A stretch of DNA of 64,000 nt from Camelus dromedarius (GCF_036321535.1 NC_087437.1:88662001-88726000); one strand, 5' to 3'; positions 39,316-51,299 are shown, counted from the stretch's first letter. A program made the numbers and translations. Notes: generated by a model from the letters alone, not told the origin.

Positions 39316-39656
39316 TAGGAACTAGGAATAGGTTTTTTTCTTTCTTTTTTCTTTCTTTTTTTTTTTTTCTTCCAAACTACCTTAAACTGAATGCTAAATT
39401 CTAACAACTGCTGAGTGGTATCTGATCTGCTTTCTTACACTCTGCGTTAAAGCTTAGCGACATTTAACCCAGTCATCCAAGATGGCTGAGTGGGTAAAAA
39501 AAGTCTTTATTTGATTGCAGTATGTTACTAACAATTAACGTAGAAGTCCTGTGACTCTTACCTATCATATTGACGTCTCTAAGTATATCTGGGTTCAAAA
39601 TCCTTGGTCTTTTCTTTCAATATAAATGTTACAGAAAATGACACCAAAAGCAATTA

Positions 39657-39854
39657 CAGTTGACCCTTGAATGATGCAGGGGTTCAGGGCACCAACCCCC
39701 CATGCAGTCAAAAATCTGAATATAATCACAGTTCCCCACTCATGGATTCAACCAGCCACGAATCAGCATAGTACTGTGGTATTTACTATTGAAAACAAAT
39801 CCACATATAAACGGACCTACATACTTCAAACCTATTTTGTTCAAGGGTCAACTG
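39657..39854. mobile_element. MER8-like (Tigger2-derived) MITE
   Basis: TIRs CAGTTGACCCTTGAA ... TTCAAGGGTCAACTG with TA on both sides. Confidence 0.9.
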
Positions 39855-40101
39855 TAATGTAAAAGGAGCAGCTTAACATAAATATTAAAATAAGTGCTTA
39901 ATTAATATAAAATCAATCTGTCAATATATCATACTTTCCCCCTTTAATTCTATTTAAAAATTAGAGATATGCTTTTGGGGAAAGTTTTCCTCCAAAATAT
40001 AATAACATTTAAAAATATGATGTATATTTCATATATATATATATATATATTTTACATAGAATTTCTCTTTGGCTTTCCAAATAAAGCTTTAATTGGAGGT
40101 C

Positions 40102-41078
40102 TGGTGACTGATCTCCAAAGATGGCCCCTCAATGAGGCATGCCCCCTGCCTCACTGGGGGGCCCTTGTGTGGTCCCTTCCTATTGAACTTAATTTGACAC
40201 TACTTACTTTTTGAACAGTAGAATAGGACAGAAGAGATGCCACATGACTTCTGAAGCTGGGTCATAAGAAACTTTGCTTATTGCCTAGGTATTGTGGGAC
40301 ACTTGCTCTTTGGACACTCCATCTTGAAACCAAGTTTCCGTGCAACCAGAAGCCCAAGCCACATGGCGAGGTGGGTCTAAGTTGGTGTCCGCAGCCTTAA
40401 GTGAGTAGGCCATGGGACCCAGGCCAAAGGTCACAACAACTCGCCTGTGTACGAGGTAAGAAGTAAATGTACGCATGTGCTAGTTATGTAAGCCATATGA
40501 ACAAAGAAGTAAAGGCACGCATGGGCTACTGGCATTATGTAAGCAGTATGAACAAAGAAATGAACAATGCGCATGTGCAGGTAGAATGAATAAAAGCAGG
40601 ACAAGCGCACCACGCGGGTGGGTGCCATCTTGTTGAACTAGACGAAAGTGTTGAGCGCTGCTGCCGCCCACCGCGCATGCCACCTGCTTGTACTGCAATA
40701 AAGTGCTCTTTTGCTCCATGTCGGCCCCTCGCACAGTCTGTTTCACGGTATGGCGGCTCCTCGTACATTTTTCTGGTGGGGCAGCTCACCTCCTCGAATC
40801 CCTCTCCAGCCCACATCGGCTGACAGGTGGTCAAGTTCACAGCCAACAACCTTCACCAGCTGCCAGCCACGTGGGTGAACCATCCCGCTTACCTAGTCCA
40901 GCTGAGTCTTCTGATGACTGTATCTCCACCAGTATCTCACTGCAAGCCTTAGAGAGACTCCGTCTGAGACCACTTTGCTGAGCTCAGTCAAGCCACAGAT
41001 TCATTAGGATAATAATAAAATGTAATCTCAAGACACCAGTCTTGGGTGTTTGTTACATAGCAATAAATAACTGGAAAT
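40102..41078 (+). mobile_element. MaLR LTR (MLT1G/H-like), split by a nested LTR
   Basis: aaagatggcccc...gacttctgaagctgggtcataag...agcccaagccacatgg | ...gctgccagccacgtgggtga...tttgttacatagcaataaataactggaa. Confidence 0.8.
40386..40825 (+). mobile_element. CpG-rich solo LTR, probably ERV2/beta-like, nested in MLT1
   Basis: TGTC...GACA ends with TSD-like gttgg/ggtgg; U3 direct repeats; TATA-like aataaaa near 40589; GCCATCTTG 40624; AATAAA 40697; boundaries inferred. Confidence 0.75.
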
Positions 41079-43145
41079 GGGGTATGACTTTAACATTTTG
41101 TGTCCATTTGAACTTTTGAATAGAGTGCCATAAAGGAAAATTTTTGCTAGTTAACATTTTTGATATGGTCACTAATTTAATAACAATAACACAGAAAGTC
41201 CAACACCTTTGAACACACTCTGTAAGTATTTCTTTCATGGTCAGTGTTCAGAGAGTTTCATTCTCATTTCTCTTTTTTTTTTTTTTTTCTGATATTTTAA
41301 GTTCTGGTATTTATTTTTTCCATATGGCAGAAAAAAAGAGAATATTAGCTGTTGGAGAAGAGGGAGGAAAATCTATGACTTAAGCAACCCAAGAAGCTGC
41401 TTATCATTCTTGGTAGCTCTACAAGAAACAGATGTCCCCACGGTGACTTCCCACCAGGGAGAGTGAGAGGAATTCTGGGAAAGCGAATTAGATAACAAGC
41501 TTGTTGTGTTCACACAAGCGTGCTAATGAATCGTGTGATAAGCGGCATGTTAATTGTTAATAAATGGAACAAATTCTTACTTCTGTGGAATGATAACTTT
41601 GATTGAAATACTTCATGTCTAACAGACTCAATCAACTTCATGTGTGCCTTCTGGATGCTGAGGGGGAAAAAAGTACTTTGCAGATGTTTTTGAATACAAT
41701 TGGACTTTCTCCGAAAACTACCTCTTAAATTGTTGGTCTGATTCACTACCAAATTTTATGAGTTTCATATTGGCATCGGAGGTTTCCTAATGTTACATAG
41801 ATGGAAATCTGGATAGGAGAAAAGCAAAACTGAAGAGTCTGTAAAACCTCAAAATTTAGACAAATATGAATTGGTAAAACAAGATGGAGATATTTAATAG
41901 TGGAAATAGATTGAAGAGAGTTGTAAAAATATTTTCAGGAATCACCGCAAAAGTAAAGGACTCTAGGAATTTTTTTTCTCTCTCTCAAAGGAAAGTTTGG
42001 AAATGTGATGATAGGTAGATAGATTTTTTTCCCTTAAACTTGTGATTTTTAAATATAAGTCATTTCCCTCATTTTATTTCCTACATCTTTGTTATATTTA
42101 TCAAACCTGACAATCTCTCCCTGAGTGACAAAGCTTTCCCAAGTCAGTAGCATTTTGCGTAGGATTCCATTGTTGCTACTATGTCTCCAAAATAGTCCTC
42201 TCCCTTAGTAAATCACGTCGCTTTATTCTAGTTTGGTTTTGCAAGACCATATATTTATTTTACTTTTTGGATTACTTCTTGGATTTTCTACATCTGTGAA
42301 GCACTTTCCTGTTTACAAGCCCCAAGTATAATTAAAGGAACTATGGGTACTTGCAAGGAATGCAGAAATTCTGGCTTCACTTTCCAGTCATAGGTTCACT
42401 CCACAGTCACCCTTGTTATTTGCTGTGCTTCTGGAATGTTATGTGAGAGGTGCTATGTTCTTTCAAAAGGATCTTGGCCTGAGAACTCTTATCCACGTGG
42501 AAATCACTGAGGTAAGGAAAACGCTGAGGAACTTAATACATTTCCCAAGAGCTGCCCTCCCCTGTCCCTTCAGATGAATGGCAGTTACTTTAAGATCTGA
42601 CAGCAACCACCTCTCTTTCCTGTCTCCTTTCTCCATTCCTTCTACTGGTCCCCATTCCCAGCTCATGGGCCATAAACACCGAGATGTGACCCAGTGTTTT
42701 CTAGTTTGGCCTGAATCGCTGTTATTTCCTGCAGTGAGAAAGATCCAAACCCACGCACCGCTGGCAATTTGGCCAAATTATTGAGGCCTGGTCTTTTTGA
42801 GTGTTTCAGGCCACACATGGCCTTAATAATGAAACAATTCCTGGTTTGATCCCTGACTTCAAAGATTAACGATTCAGTCTTCCTAGGATACGTCCCATTC
42901 TCAACCCTTCTCCCCTTGATCGATGTCCCCAAGTGCCCACTCTACCTTTCAAATCATGTGTTTATACCACTTTGAGTTGGAAATTATCAAATTGTATAAC
43001 TTGCAATCCATACAACACACTGCTGCCTGAATTGTTGTTATAAAGCGCAGACCTTATTTTTTTCTGATTGTGGCACTTCCCAACTCAAAGTCCTTCTGAG
43101 TGATTCTTCCTCTAAACCCTTCACTTGGGTTGTTACAGTCTGATA

Positions 43146-43453
43146 CAGGCGTACCTCAGAGAAAGGGTGAGTTTGGTTCCAGACCCCTGCAATAAAGCGA
43201 ATACAACAATAAAGCAAGTTACATAATTTTTTTCTTTTTTGGTTTCCCAGTATATATAAAAATTATGTTTATGCAATCCTGGAGTCTATTAAGTATGAAA
43301 TAATATTATGTCTTAAAAAAAAACCATGTATACATGTTAATTAAAAATATTTTATTGCTAAAAAAATGCTGTTATCTGACAAGTCAGGGTTGTCACAAAC
43401 CAATTTGAACAAATTGCAGTAACTGTGTAGCACAATAAAACGGGGTCTGCCTG
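43146..43453 (-). mobile_element. Internally deleted Tigger1 (Tigger1a_Art-like)
   Basis: Both Tigger1 ends present: CAGGCGTACCTC...ttccagacccctgcaataaagcgaat... and ...cacaataaaacggggtctGCCTG; TA on the left. Confidence 0.85.
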
Positions 43454-43468
43454 GATATTATAGCCATG

Positions 43469-43578
43469 GTAGATCTTCTTTTTATTGTTACAACCAGGAC
43501 ACGTGCAAGGGAAAAACAGGAGCTATCAGGTGTTACAACAAGACAATAGGTGTAAACCTAGAATGACTGTCATGCTAA
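43469..43578. mobile_element. MER81-like hAT-Blackjack relic
   Basis: aaccaggacac...gacaataggtgtaaacc. Confidence 0.55.
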
Positions 43579-43689
43579 CTATGGGCCCCTCCACTCCCCA
43601 TCACCTAGCGCACTGGATTCCTCACCACCACAGCCAGCATGTCAGCTCCCCTAGGAGTTTTTCTTCTCCTCAGAACAATAATTACGGTT

Positions 43690-43895
43690 GCTAATATTAA
43701 TGTAGTAACTCATTTAATCCTCACAACAACCCTGGAACAAGGGCTCTCATCATCCCCATTGTACAGATGCGGACACTGAGACACAGAGAAGCTAGGTAAG
43801 TGGCCAGTGAGTGATGTTCCCGGGAGAGCCAGGATTCAAACAGGCACAAGACTGGCAGCCGGGCCCCCGCCTGTAAACATTACTCCATGCTGTTT
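43690..43895 (-). mobile_element. MIR
   Basis: aactcatttaatcctcacaacaaccct...atccccattgtacagatgcggacactgagacacagaga...gagccaggattcaaac. Confidence 0.85.
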
Positions 43896-43947
43896 GCCTG
43901 CAATATTTTGCCATTCATTTTCTTCTTAAATTCCCATTCCTCAGGAA

Positions 43948-44166
43948 GAACAGCATAGTATTTGAGAGAACAAGTCTTGAAGTCAGATTCCCTGGGTTCT
44001 AGTTTGGACTCCACCACACAGTTAGCCTGGGGTAAGTTACTTAATTTTTCTATGACTTAGTTTGCTTGGTTATTAAAAAAAAAATCATTGTAGCACTATT
44101 TTAAGGATGACTGTGATGACTAGATGAGTTAAATCATGTAAAGATTTGAGTATATAGTAAGCTCAT
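43948..44166 (+). mobile_element. MIR
   Basis: gaagtcagattccctgggttcta...ggtaagttacttaat...agatgagttaaatcatgtaaag. Confidence 0.75.
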
Positions 44167-44234
44167 GGTGGGCAGTTTCTCTTACTGTTGAATGCTATCT
44201 TTTCCTCAAAGAACGTTCCTTTCCCCACTGTCAC

Positions 44235-44410
44235 AGCACTTTGTTTTATTGCTCTGAAGCCTGGAGAATCACTCACTGGAGGGACACTTAAAGACTTCTG
44301 ATGCAGTCCAGATTTAATATGAGTATTTCTGGGGGTGGGAATGGCCATCAGTAATTCTTTTTTAAACTTACCAGGTGATTCAAATGTGCAGCCAGTGTTG
44401 AGAAATCGGC
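44235..44410. mobile_element. MER5-type relic
   Basis: gaatcactcactggagg...ccaggtgattcaaatgtgcagccagtgttgagaaatc. Confidence 0.7.
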
Positions 44411-45899
44411 ATTAAAGCTTTTCTGATACGAAAAATATTTGCTCATATGTTTGTCTCTTTCCACAAATGTCAAGCTCCTTGATTGCAAATGCTCTATCAG
44501 ATTCATCCTTGTATTTGCAGTGGCTGCTAGCATGATGCCTTATATACAACTGGCACAGACAATTACTGATTCCTTTGAATTAAGAAGATATCCCTCAAAT
44601 ATGCTCGCTGCTACAGGATAAAAGGGAAAATCTTCTTGCCATCACTAATGAACTCAATATGGGTCTTAATCAGAGGTTGGTAGGACCCAGGCAACATGGT
44701 TTGGATGCAAAAGGGGCAAGAATGTGGGGATAAAACAAAATAATGAGTTGTTAGTTTTAAACTAATGGCCTGCAAACTTGGCTACTCTTTATAATCACCT
44801 GGGAAGATTGTACCAAAAAATCCCAGGAGATTCCAATATTCAGTCAAGTTGAGAAGTACTGACTTACATGGATCATGAGGGACTCAGGACCTCCCTCCTC
44901 CTACTACAAGATCTGAAAGTAACTTCTGCAGTTTACAGTTAGGTACCACGAGAATGAAGAGAAGAGAGAACATCCCCATGTTAAAAATATCTGGATATAC
45001 AGAAGCAGCAGGATATATCAGGATGGGGAAACACGCACACATGCATGTGCAGACACACATCCTTATGCCTACCTGTTTTAAGTTACCTCTCCCAAAAACA
45101 TATGCAGTGAGAAAGGGAATATAGTATCCGTACATCAAGACAGTGTGTCCTAAATACTGTTATTTGTGAGAGAATCCTTTTTTGGTGAAGAAGTCAAGGA
45201 GATAGTTTTGCCAAACAAGTGTCAAATATACAAAGTCATTTTTAAGAAGGACATTAAGTCTAACTCACTGTTTAGTGATCTGGACCAGATCTAAATGACT
45301 GTAACTTATCACCTTACAATGATCATATCTAGTGTTGCTAAGTACTAGGCACCATTTTTACCATGTTTCAATCACAATTAATTATCAGGTGGAAGGATTT
45401 TAGATCATAATAATGGCTTGTTCAATGCTCTTTGATATTTTAACAAAATAATAGGGAATAAAAGATTAAAGGTACAATAGAAGCATAAAACAAGAATACG
45501 AATGCTTGTTCAATAGTGTACAGATGGTTAGCATTCTGCATATTATTTCAAACTGAGATCAAATAGTGCTCACACTATATTCATGTTCTTTGAAATGTTT
45601 GTGAACTTTTATAATCTATCACATTACTTATCCAAATATCTTTCTATTTAAATTATTCTTGTACCTAATTGTTTCCCCTTTCTCGATAACAGAAGGAAAA
45701 ACAAAGGGGATAGACATAATATGTCAATAATACACCATAATATTAAAAAATTTTTTTTCACTCATTTTCAAAGACACACAACTAATACACTCCCCCCAAA
45801 ATCGGTGGTCTTAAAATAGCATCTTTTTGGTAAAAAGACCAACTATACTCTGTGGAAGATGATGTTATTGATTGATCTACAGGAAAACAGTTGGATAAC

Positions 45900-46125
45900 A
45901 ACTAAGATGTGTTGAATGCCTATCTGCCAGATGCTTTTTAGTGCTTTACCTGAATTAATGCATTAAATCCTCAAAACAATCCTATGAAAGAGATGCTATG
46001 TTAATTTCCATCTTACAGGCAAGGAAATTGAGGCACAGCATTTAAATCACTCACTCGGGGCTCAACTAAAATTTAAGGGATCCAAAATTTGAATCGAGGG
46101 AAACAGGATCCAAAGCTGTGAGCCC
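45900..46125 (-). mobile_element. MIR
   Basis: ttgaatgcctatctgccagatgc...aatcctcaaaacaatcctatga...catcttacaggcaaggaaattgaggcacag. Confidence 0.8.
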
Positions 46126-46949
46126 ATGGTATTGGATTTAAGCTGACATTTCCCCCCAGTACTTGATTGCAGAAGGACTGGTTTGACCTACTTGATCCTC
46201 GTCATTTCACTGGCCCGACCCCTCTTTCTGAACAGAAGACCTGGCTACATGTAACACAGTCTGTGGTCATGACGCTGTGGTCTGTAGACACGTGTGGAGG
46301 GAAACGCCTGGTGTTCTGATGATAAAGTTCTGGCATTTTGGAGCCACAGAGGAAGAGGGGAATCCTCAGCTCCTTCACTTTTCTCCTTCACTCCCCTTTC
46401 AGAAGCTTATTTCAATGTTTCTTGCCCTATTTTGATTTCTTAAAAATTTCTGTTATAAAGAATATAACAGAGGAGATCTGGGTGAAGGGTAGTCTCCAAA
46501 AGAGCGTAAGTGATGGAGATCAAGTACAAAAGAAAGATTTGAAGCCAGATGCTGCTGATGTGTGAATGGGATGCTCCCATCATATTATCCATCTATTAGG
46601 AACCAATAGAAATGAGTACAACATTAATAATAATCAACTTCCCAAAGTCCACTGCTGTATTTTAAACAAATTAAACAAAAAAGCCACTATTTCTGATTAT
46701 TACTTCTTCCTCTGTATGTCCCCGAGAACTTTAATTATTCTGTTTTAGTTCCTATTTATTGCTTCTAGATGTTATACTAAGTTATTAAATTATAAACTTT
46801 TTGAGAGAACATATCTTACTTGTTGCTGGATTTTTTTGCAATTCCCAACAGGGTGATTTGTATATACTGTGTGTCCAATAAATTCTTGATTGAACTAAAG
46901 TGCAAATCAGCTTTAAAGACTGCTACATTCCGATCTTTTATTAAAGCAG

Positions 46950-47135
46950 TGTAAATAAAAAATGTGGCTCAGGGATGGACCACATTGGTGTACCTGTGCA
47001 CCTGTTAGAATCAGAAGTTCCCAAGTCCTACTCAGGGCTTGCTGAGTCAGAATCTCTGGGGTTAGGGCCCGGGAACCCATGCTGAACTAGCTCTCCAGGT
47101 GGTCTTTATGTTCTCTCAAGTTAGAGGACTTTTGC
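46950..47135. mobile_element. MER5A-like relic
   Basis: ctgttagaatcagaagttcccaag...gctgagtcagaatctctggggttagggcccgggaac...ctccaggtggtcttt. Confidence 0.75.
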
Positions 47136-47494
47136 AATATATTTCACATAAATTTCTTGTGAAAACAGGTAATGCATATTAAATCTGCTGATGACCCCAA
47201 AGCTGGCAATGATAACCAACAGACCCAGTATTATTTGGGGTGGCGGGAGTCGGGGGAAATCACATTCTGCAAACTAGGATAATTGATGTATCTAACAGAA
47301 TAATATCAAACAGGGATAAATATAGGCTGTTATACCTTTACCATATACTTATTTAATAGGAACTGTATATTAAGTACTACGGCAGATAGTGGGATGGATA
47401 CACATATACTTCCTGCTTTTCAGGAGAAATTTTTAGGCTGAAGGGATTTACACAAAGAATTAAAAACACAGTGAAGTAAGTGTGACAGTTATTT

Positions 47495-48130
47495 AGTGAT
47501 TGTCTCTCAGTTTCAACACCCACCGCCGTAGGCGTCTTCATTACTGCTGGGCTGGGACGCTACAAACCACGTTTTTGGGTTGGCAGCTGGCTCCCTGTTG
47601 AACTCCCTGAGTGGGATGCTAAAGAAAGGCCAAAAAGCTAGAAAAAGAAAAAGGGACTTGCTGTTTCCCCTTTGCTCTACTGGTTTTCTACTGCTGTCAG
47701 TCTCTTTCCAGCTTCCCTCTTCACCCTACAGCGATGGTTTGTTCCAATAGCAGCAGCTGAATCCAGTTTGCAGTTTTTAAAATACTTTTAGAACCAGCCT
47801 CTTCTGCAGCTTTTCAGAAACACCAAAGCCGGTGAGCTAGTACCTTCTCCTCAGAGGTCTGAATTCTAGCCCCTCAACGTCCCTTTTCTGAGCTGAGAAC
47901 CAGCGCCAGCTGAGAGGCCGCTCATCAGAGCTTCTGAGTGTTAAGAATTCTGTCTTTTGTTTCCCTAGCCGTACAGGTGGTACTGTTTTCTGCAGTTGTT
48001 ACCTCTGTGGTTACCCAGTGCTCCATGTTTGCCTTTGAACCTATGTCAGCTTTGTATCTATTAACAGTTCTTTCTATTATCTGTTAGAATAACTGGTGAG
48101 TTTTCTGTCTCATCACTGGATATTTGCCAA
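47495..48130 (+). mobile_element. Ancient ERVL-class LTR (LTR33/LTR41-like)
   Basis: gctgggctgggacgctacaaaccac...ttggcagctggctccctgtt...aagggacttgct...aataactggtgagttttctgtctc. Confidence 0.7.
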
Positions 48131-48524
48131 TATAATAAATGATAATAGATAGTGACTGTGAAGTGGTTAAACAAAAAAATCCCTGAACTATTTAAATTAG
48201 GGAGTATACGTAATTGAATTTGATTGTAAGACTCACAGCAATCAAATTTTTGGCTAATTGAGAAGAAACCACTTTTAGGTACAACCTCATTTTGGAAATG
48301 GTATTTTTTTGCTAACTGTAGAAAACACCCATATTGGGAAACAATTATTTGATACTATGGCATGGTGACATTCTTCAGTTGGAAAGATAATTGAATTAGA
48401 TGGCTTTTTACAGTGGGGTTCTCTGATAATGGTATTCGTGTATTAATTTCACTATGCCCTTTTTCAATGAGGCAACTGTTTCCTGAAATGTGTAGAATGT
48501 GCAAAAGGAACTAGGGTAAAGGAG

Positions 48525-48888
48525 TGCATGGACTGAATGTTTATGTCCCCACAAAATTTATCTGTTGAAACCTAATGTGATGGTATTGGTAGGTGGGGCT
48601 TTTGAGAGGTGATTAAAAATGATTAGGTCTTAAGGATAGAGCCCTCCTGAATGGGGTTAGTGTTCTCATAAAAGAGACCTGGGAGTGCTCACTCAAACCT
48701 CTACCAGGTGAGGACAGGGCAAGAAGACAGCCATCTTTGAAGCAGGGAGCGGTTTCTCACCAGAAGCTGAATGTGCTGGTGCCTTGATCTCAGACTTCTC
48801 GGCCTCCAAAACTGTAAGAAATAAATTTCTGTTCGTAAGGCACCCGATCTATGGTAATTTTCTGTAGCAGCCCGAATGGACTAAGACA
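48525..48888 (+). mobile_element. MLT1A/MLT1A0 solo LTR
   Basis: TG(c)atggactgaatgtttatgtcccc...ccttgatctcagacttc...gcagcccgaatggactaagaCA. Confidence 0.9.
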
Positions 48889-49822
48889 GGGGGTAAAGTC
48901 AGAGGCAGAGAAGGGCACTGAAACATGTGATTGACTGAAGCCTGCGTAGGTGGTCAGGTACCAGAGCAGGGCGATGTATTAAGAAAGTAATTGTAAAGAA
49001 CTTGGGCAAATAGGCTGAAAAAAAATCCCTCCTATCGCTGGGCCCTTCAAGCCTCGTAATAAGCAAGGTCAAAAACCCCTGCAGCTGAGGTTTTGTCCTT
49101 GTCTCAAGTTTCAGAGGCCACGTTTGAAAGGCCCTGTTCCAGAACAGCATGTACACATGAAAAGTGCTTATCTGTGAGCTGGTTACTTTTTCAATCTTGT
49201 TTTTTCTTTTTCTTTCTTTTTTCAAGTTAGCTAAGATAGTTGCAATAAATTTGAAACTTTATGTTATATTGGAAGATGATAAAAATGCTATTGATATTGC
49301 TAACAAAAATATTAGAAAATTTTCTACAGTATCATCATAAGCCATGACAATAGTGCAGCTGATTGGAATACGTTCTTTAAAAATTTACCCAAACCTAATA
49401 AACAGACAGCAGCAAGAATTTTTAGTGTTTATGAGATATTAGAAACACATGAATGCCAATTTCTATAAATGATGTAAAAAGAACAATCTTATATAAGATT
49501 GGCAAGTGTGCTGGGATTAATTAGACAAATCTGCTAAATTTTAGACAGAATTTTAGAGACTTCATATGTAAATATATTAGAAGGATATTTCTAATTTCAT
49601 ATTTATGGGACTTGTATTATTATTTTGCTTTTACCTGGACAATGCTGAAAGATGTATATTGAAATGTGAGGCGGACAATACTCTCAATTCTTTGTAACAC
49701 GCGAATATCCCATTATTTAGAATATCTAGATGCTTAATTTCACTTAGATGTTAATGTTTAGTTAATGAATTAACCTTTCATTTCATATCGCAGTGCTTTA
49801 GCTTCATAAATGTATAATCATG

Positions 49823-50308
49823 TGTAACCGAGCAGGACCCTGTGGGGCCTTCCAGGGTCAGACCCCTCCCCCATATCCTCTGCTGTAGCTCCTCTCTGAA
49901 GTACTCAGATAATAATATCTCATGTATATTTCCTGAGATTTTCAGATGCTTAAAACCATCACCAAAGGGAAGAAATTTACTACTTGATGATGGAGAGCGT
50001 GTAGCCCCAAGACCTCCTGGCACCTAGGGGTTGGTGGTGTTGACCTCCCTGTTCCCCCAACATCAACCAATCAGAGAATTGTGCATGGGCGGATAATGCC
50101 CTCTGTGACCCGCCTCCCTCACCTGGCCTTTAAATATGCTTTGCTGAAACCCTTCAGGAGTTTGTGGTTTTCTTGGGCATAAGCCACCTGGTCCTCCTTG
50201 CTCAGCCCTGCATTAAACATTTCTCTGCTCCAAACTTCGATGTTTCAGTTTGTTTGCCCCCCACCCCCACCCCGGTGCAGCAGGCACAGGAACTTACGTT
50301 GCGTAACA
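49823..50308 (+). mobile_element. 5' LTR
   Basis: TGTAAC...GTAACA; CCAAT near 50067, tttaaata near 50128, ATTAAA near 50212. Confidence 0.92.
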
Positions 50309-50312
50309 ATTT

Positions 50313-50333
50313 TGGTGAGCTAGCAGAGGAGTC
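50313..50333 (+). other. Primer-binding site, degenerate tRNA-Arg(ACG) type
   Basis: TGGTGAGCTAGCAGAGGAGTC versus the complement of the tRNA-Arg 3' end TGGCGAGCCAGCCAGGAGTC; 4 nt after the LTR. Confidence 0.7.
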
Positions 50334-51049
50334 TATGCTCCTGGCAAGTAGACCCCTGCCAAGGGCAGCCCCTTTCCCGGGTCCCAGCAGCTGCAGGAGC
50401 TCACTTGGTTCTGGGGAACCAGGAGGGACTGTCTCCGACAGGCTCCAGCTGCCCAACGGCATGAAGCTATTTGGAGCCAAGAACCATCAGGAGCTATGGT
50501 CTGCATTCGGTGTCGCCTGGTGGTGAGTCGCTCCAGCTTGTGCAGGCTGGGAATTCTCTCCACTCCATTTTGGGCTCATTCCCACTGGAAACTGAGCCAC
50601 TCTGGGCTCATGGAGAGTCACTCTGGGTCTGTTCTCTTTTGGGAGCTGGGCCCATCTGTTTGGAGACTTCCATCCAGGAGTGGAAGTGGAATTTGGGGGC
50701 TACACTTTGATCTTTTTGTGGGACCATGTTTGTTGTTTGTATGTGTGTTCAGAACTTGCATTGGTCAGTTGAGACATCTTTAAGCAATGGGTCTGGCGTG
50801 TGATGACACCAAGGTATCCTTCCCTATTGCGTTGGACTCTCCTGTGGTGGAACGTTGGTCAGGATTTTTCCTTTCTAGCCTTGGTCTTTCATTCAGCTTC
50901 ATCTCTGATGGGGCATTGGTTGGGGTTCTCCCCTTTTAGATTGATGGGTCATTGGTTAGGAATCTGCCTTGTGGGCTAGGGAACTGTGACTCTGAGAGAC
51001 TGTTTTGAATTCTTTGCTTGGTATTTGATAACATTGGCCATGAATAATT

Positions 51050-51089
51050 AAGTATGGATGATCAAAAAAAAAAAAAGTATGGATGATCA
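51050..51089 (+). mobile_element. Bare poly(A) insertion with perfect 15-bp TSD
   Basis: aagtatggatgatca - A10 - aagtatggatgatca, preceded by tt. Confidence 0.85.
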
Positions 51090-51243
51090 GAGCTCTATTT
51101 CATCTTATGTAGTCCACCTAGAGTGTATTTTGCAAAACTGAGAGATCTTCAGCTATGCTCTCATAAATGAAAGCAAATGATATTTTTATTATAACACTGT
51201 ATGACCTCAGTACTTCCTGAGATCTGGAGAACAATGACCCTAA
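51079..51243 (+). pseudogene. gag: Decayed gag matrix N-terminus (ERV9/HERV-W-like)
   Basis: Single frame MDDQSSISSYVVHLECILQN*EIFSYALINESK*YFYYNTV*PQYFLRSGEQ*P resembles class I gag PLxCILxNW...FFCxTAWPQYxL..GExWP. Confidence 0.75.
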
Positions 51244-51299
51244 CTGCTCTGCTATTATGTCAAAGTGGACCTTTTGCAGTTTGGCTTTTATCTGGGGAG

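Noticed and set aside
40458..40580. CRISPR-like repeat array
   Set aside because: Head-to-tail degenerate LTR U3 repeats without unique spacers, in a mammalian genome
40431..40981. Cluster of overlapping ORFs
   Set aside because: By-product of GC-rich LTR sequence; no recognisable protein
50164..50783. Overlapping ORFs in the provirus 5' region
   Set aside because: They span U5, PBS and leader; no gag similarity, and the real gag remnant starts near 51079
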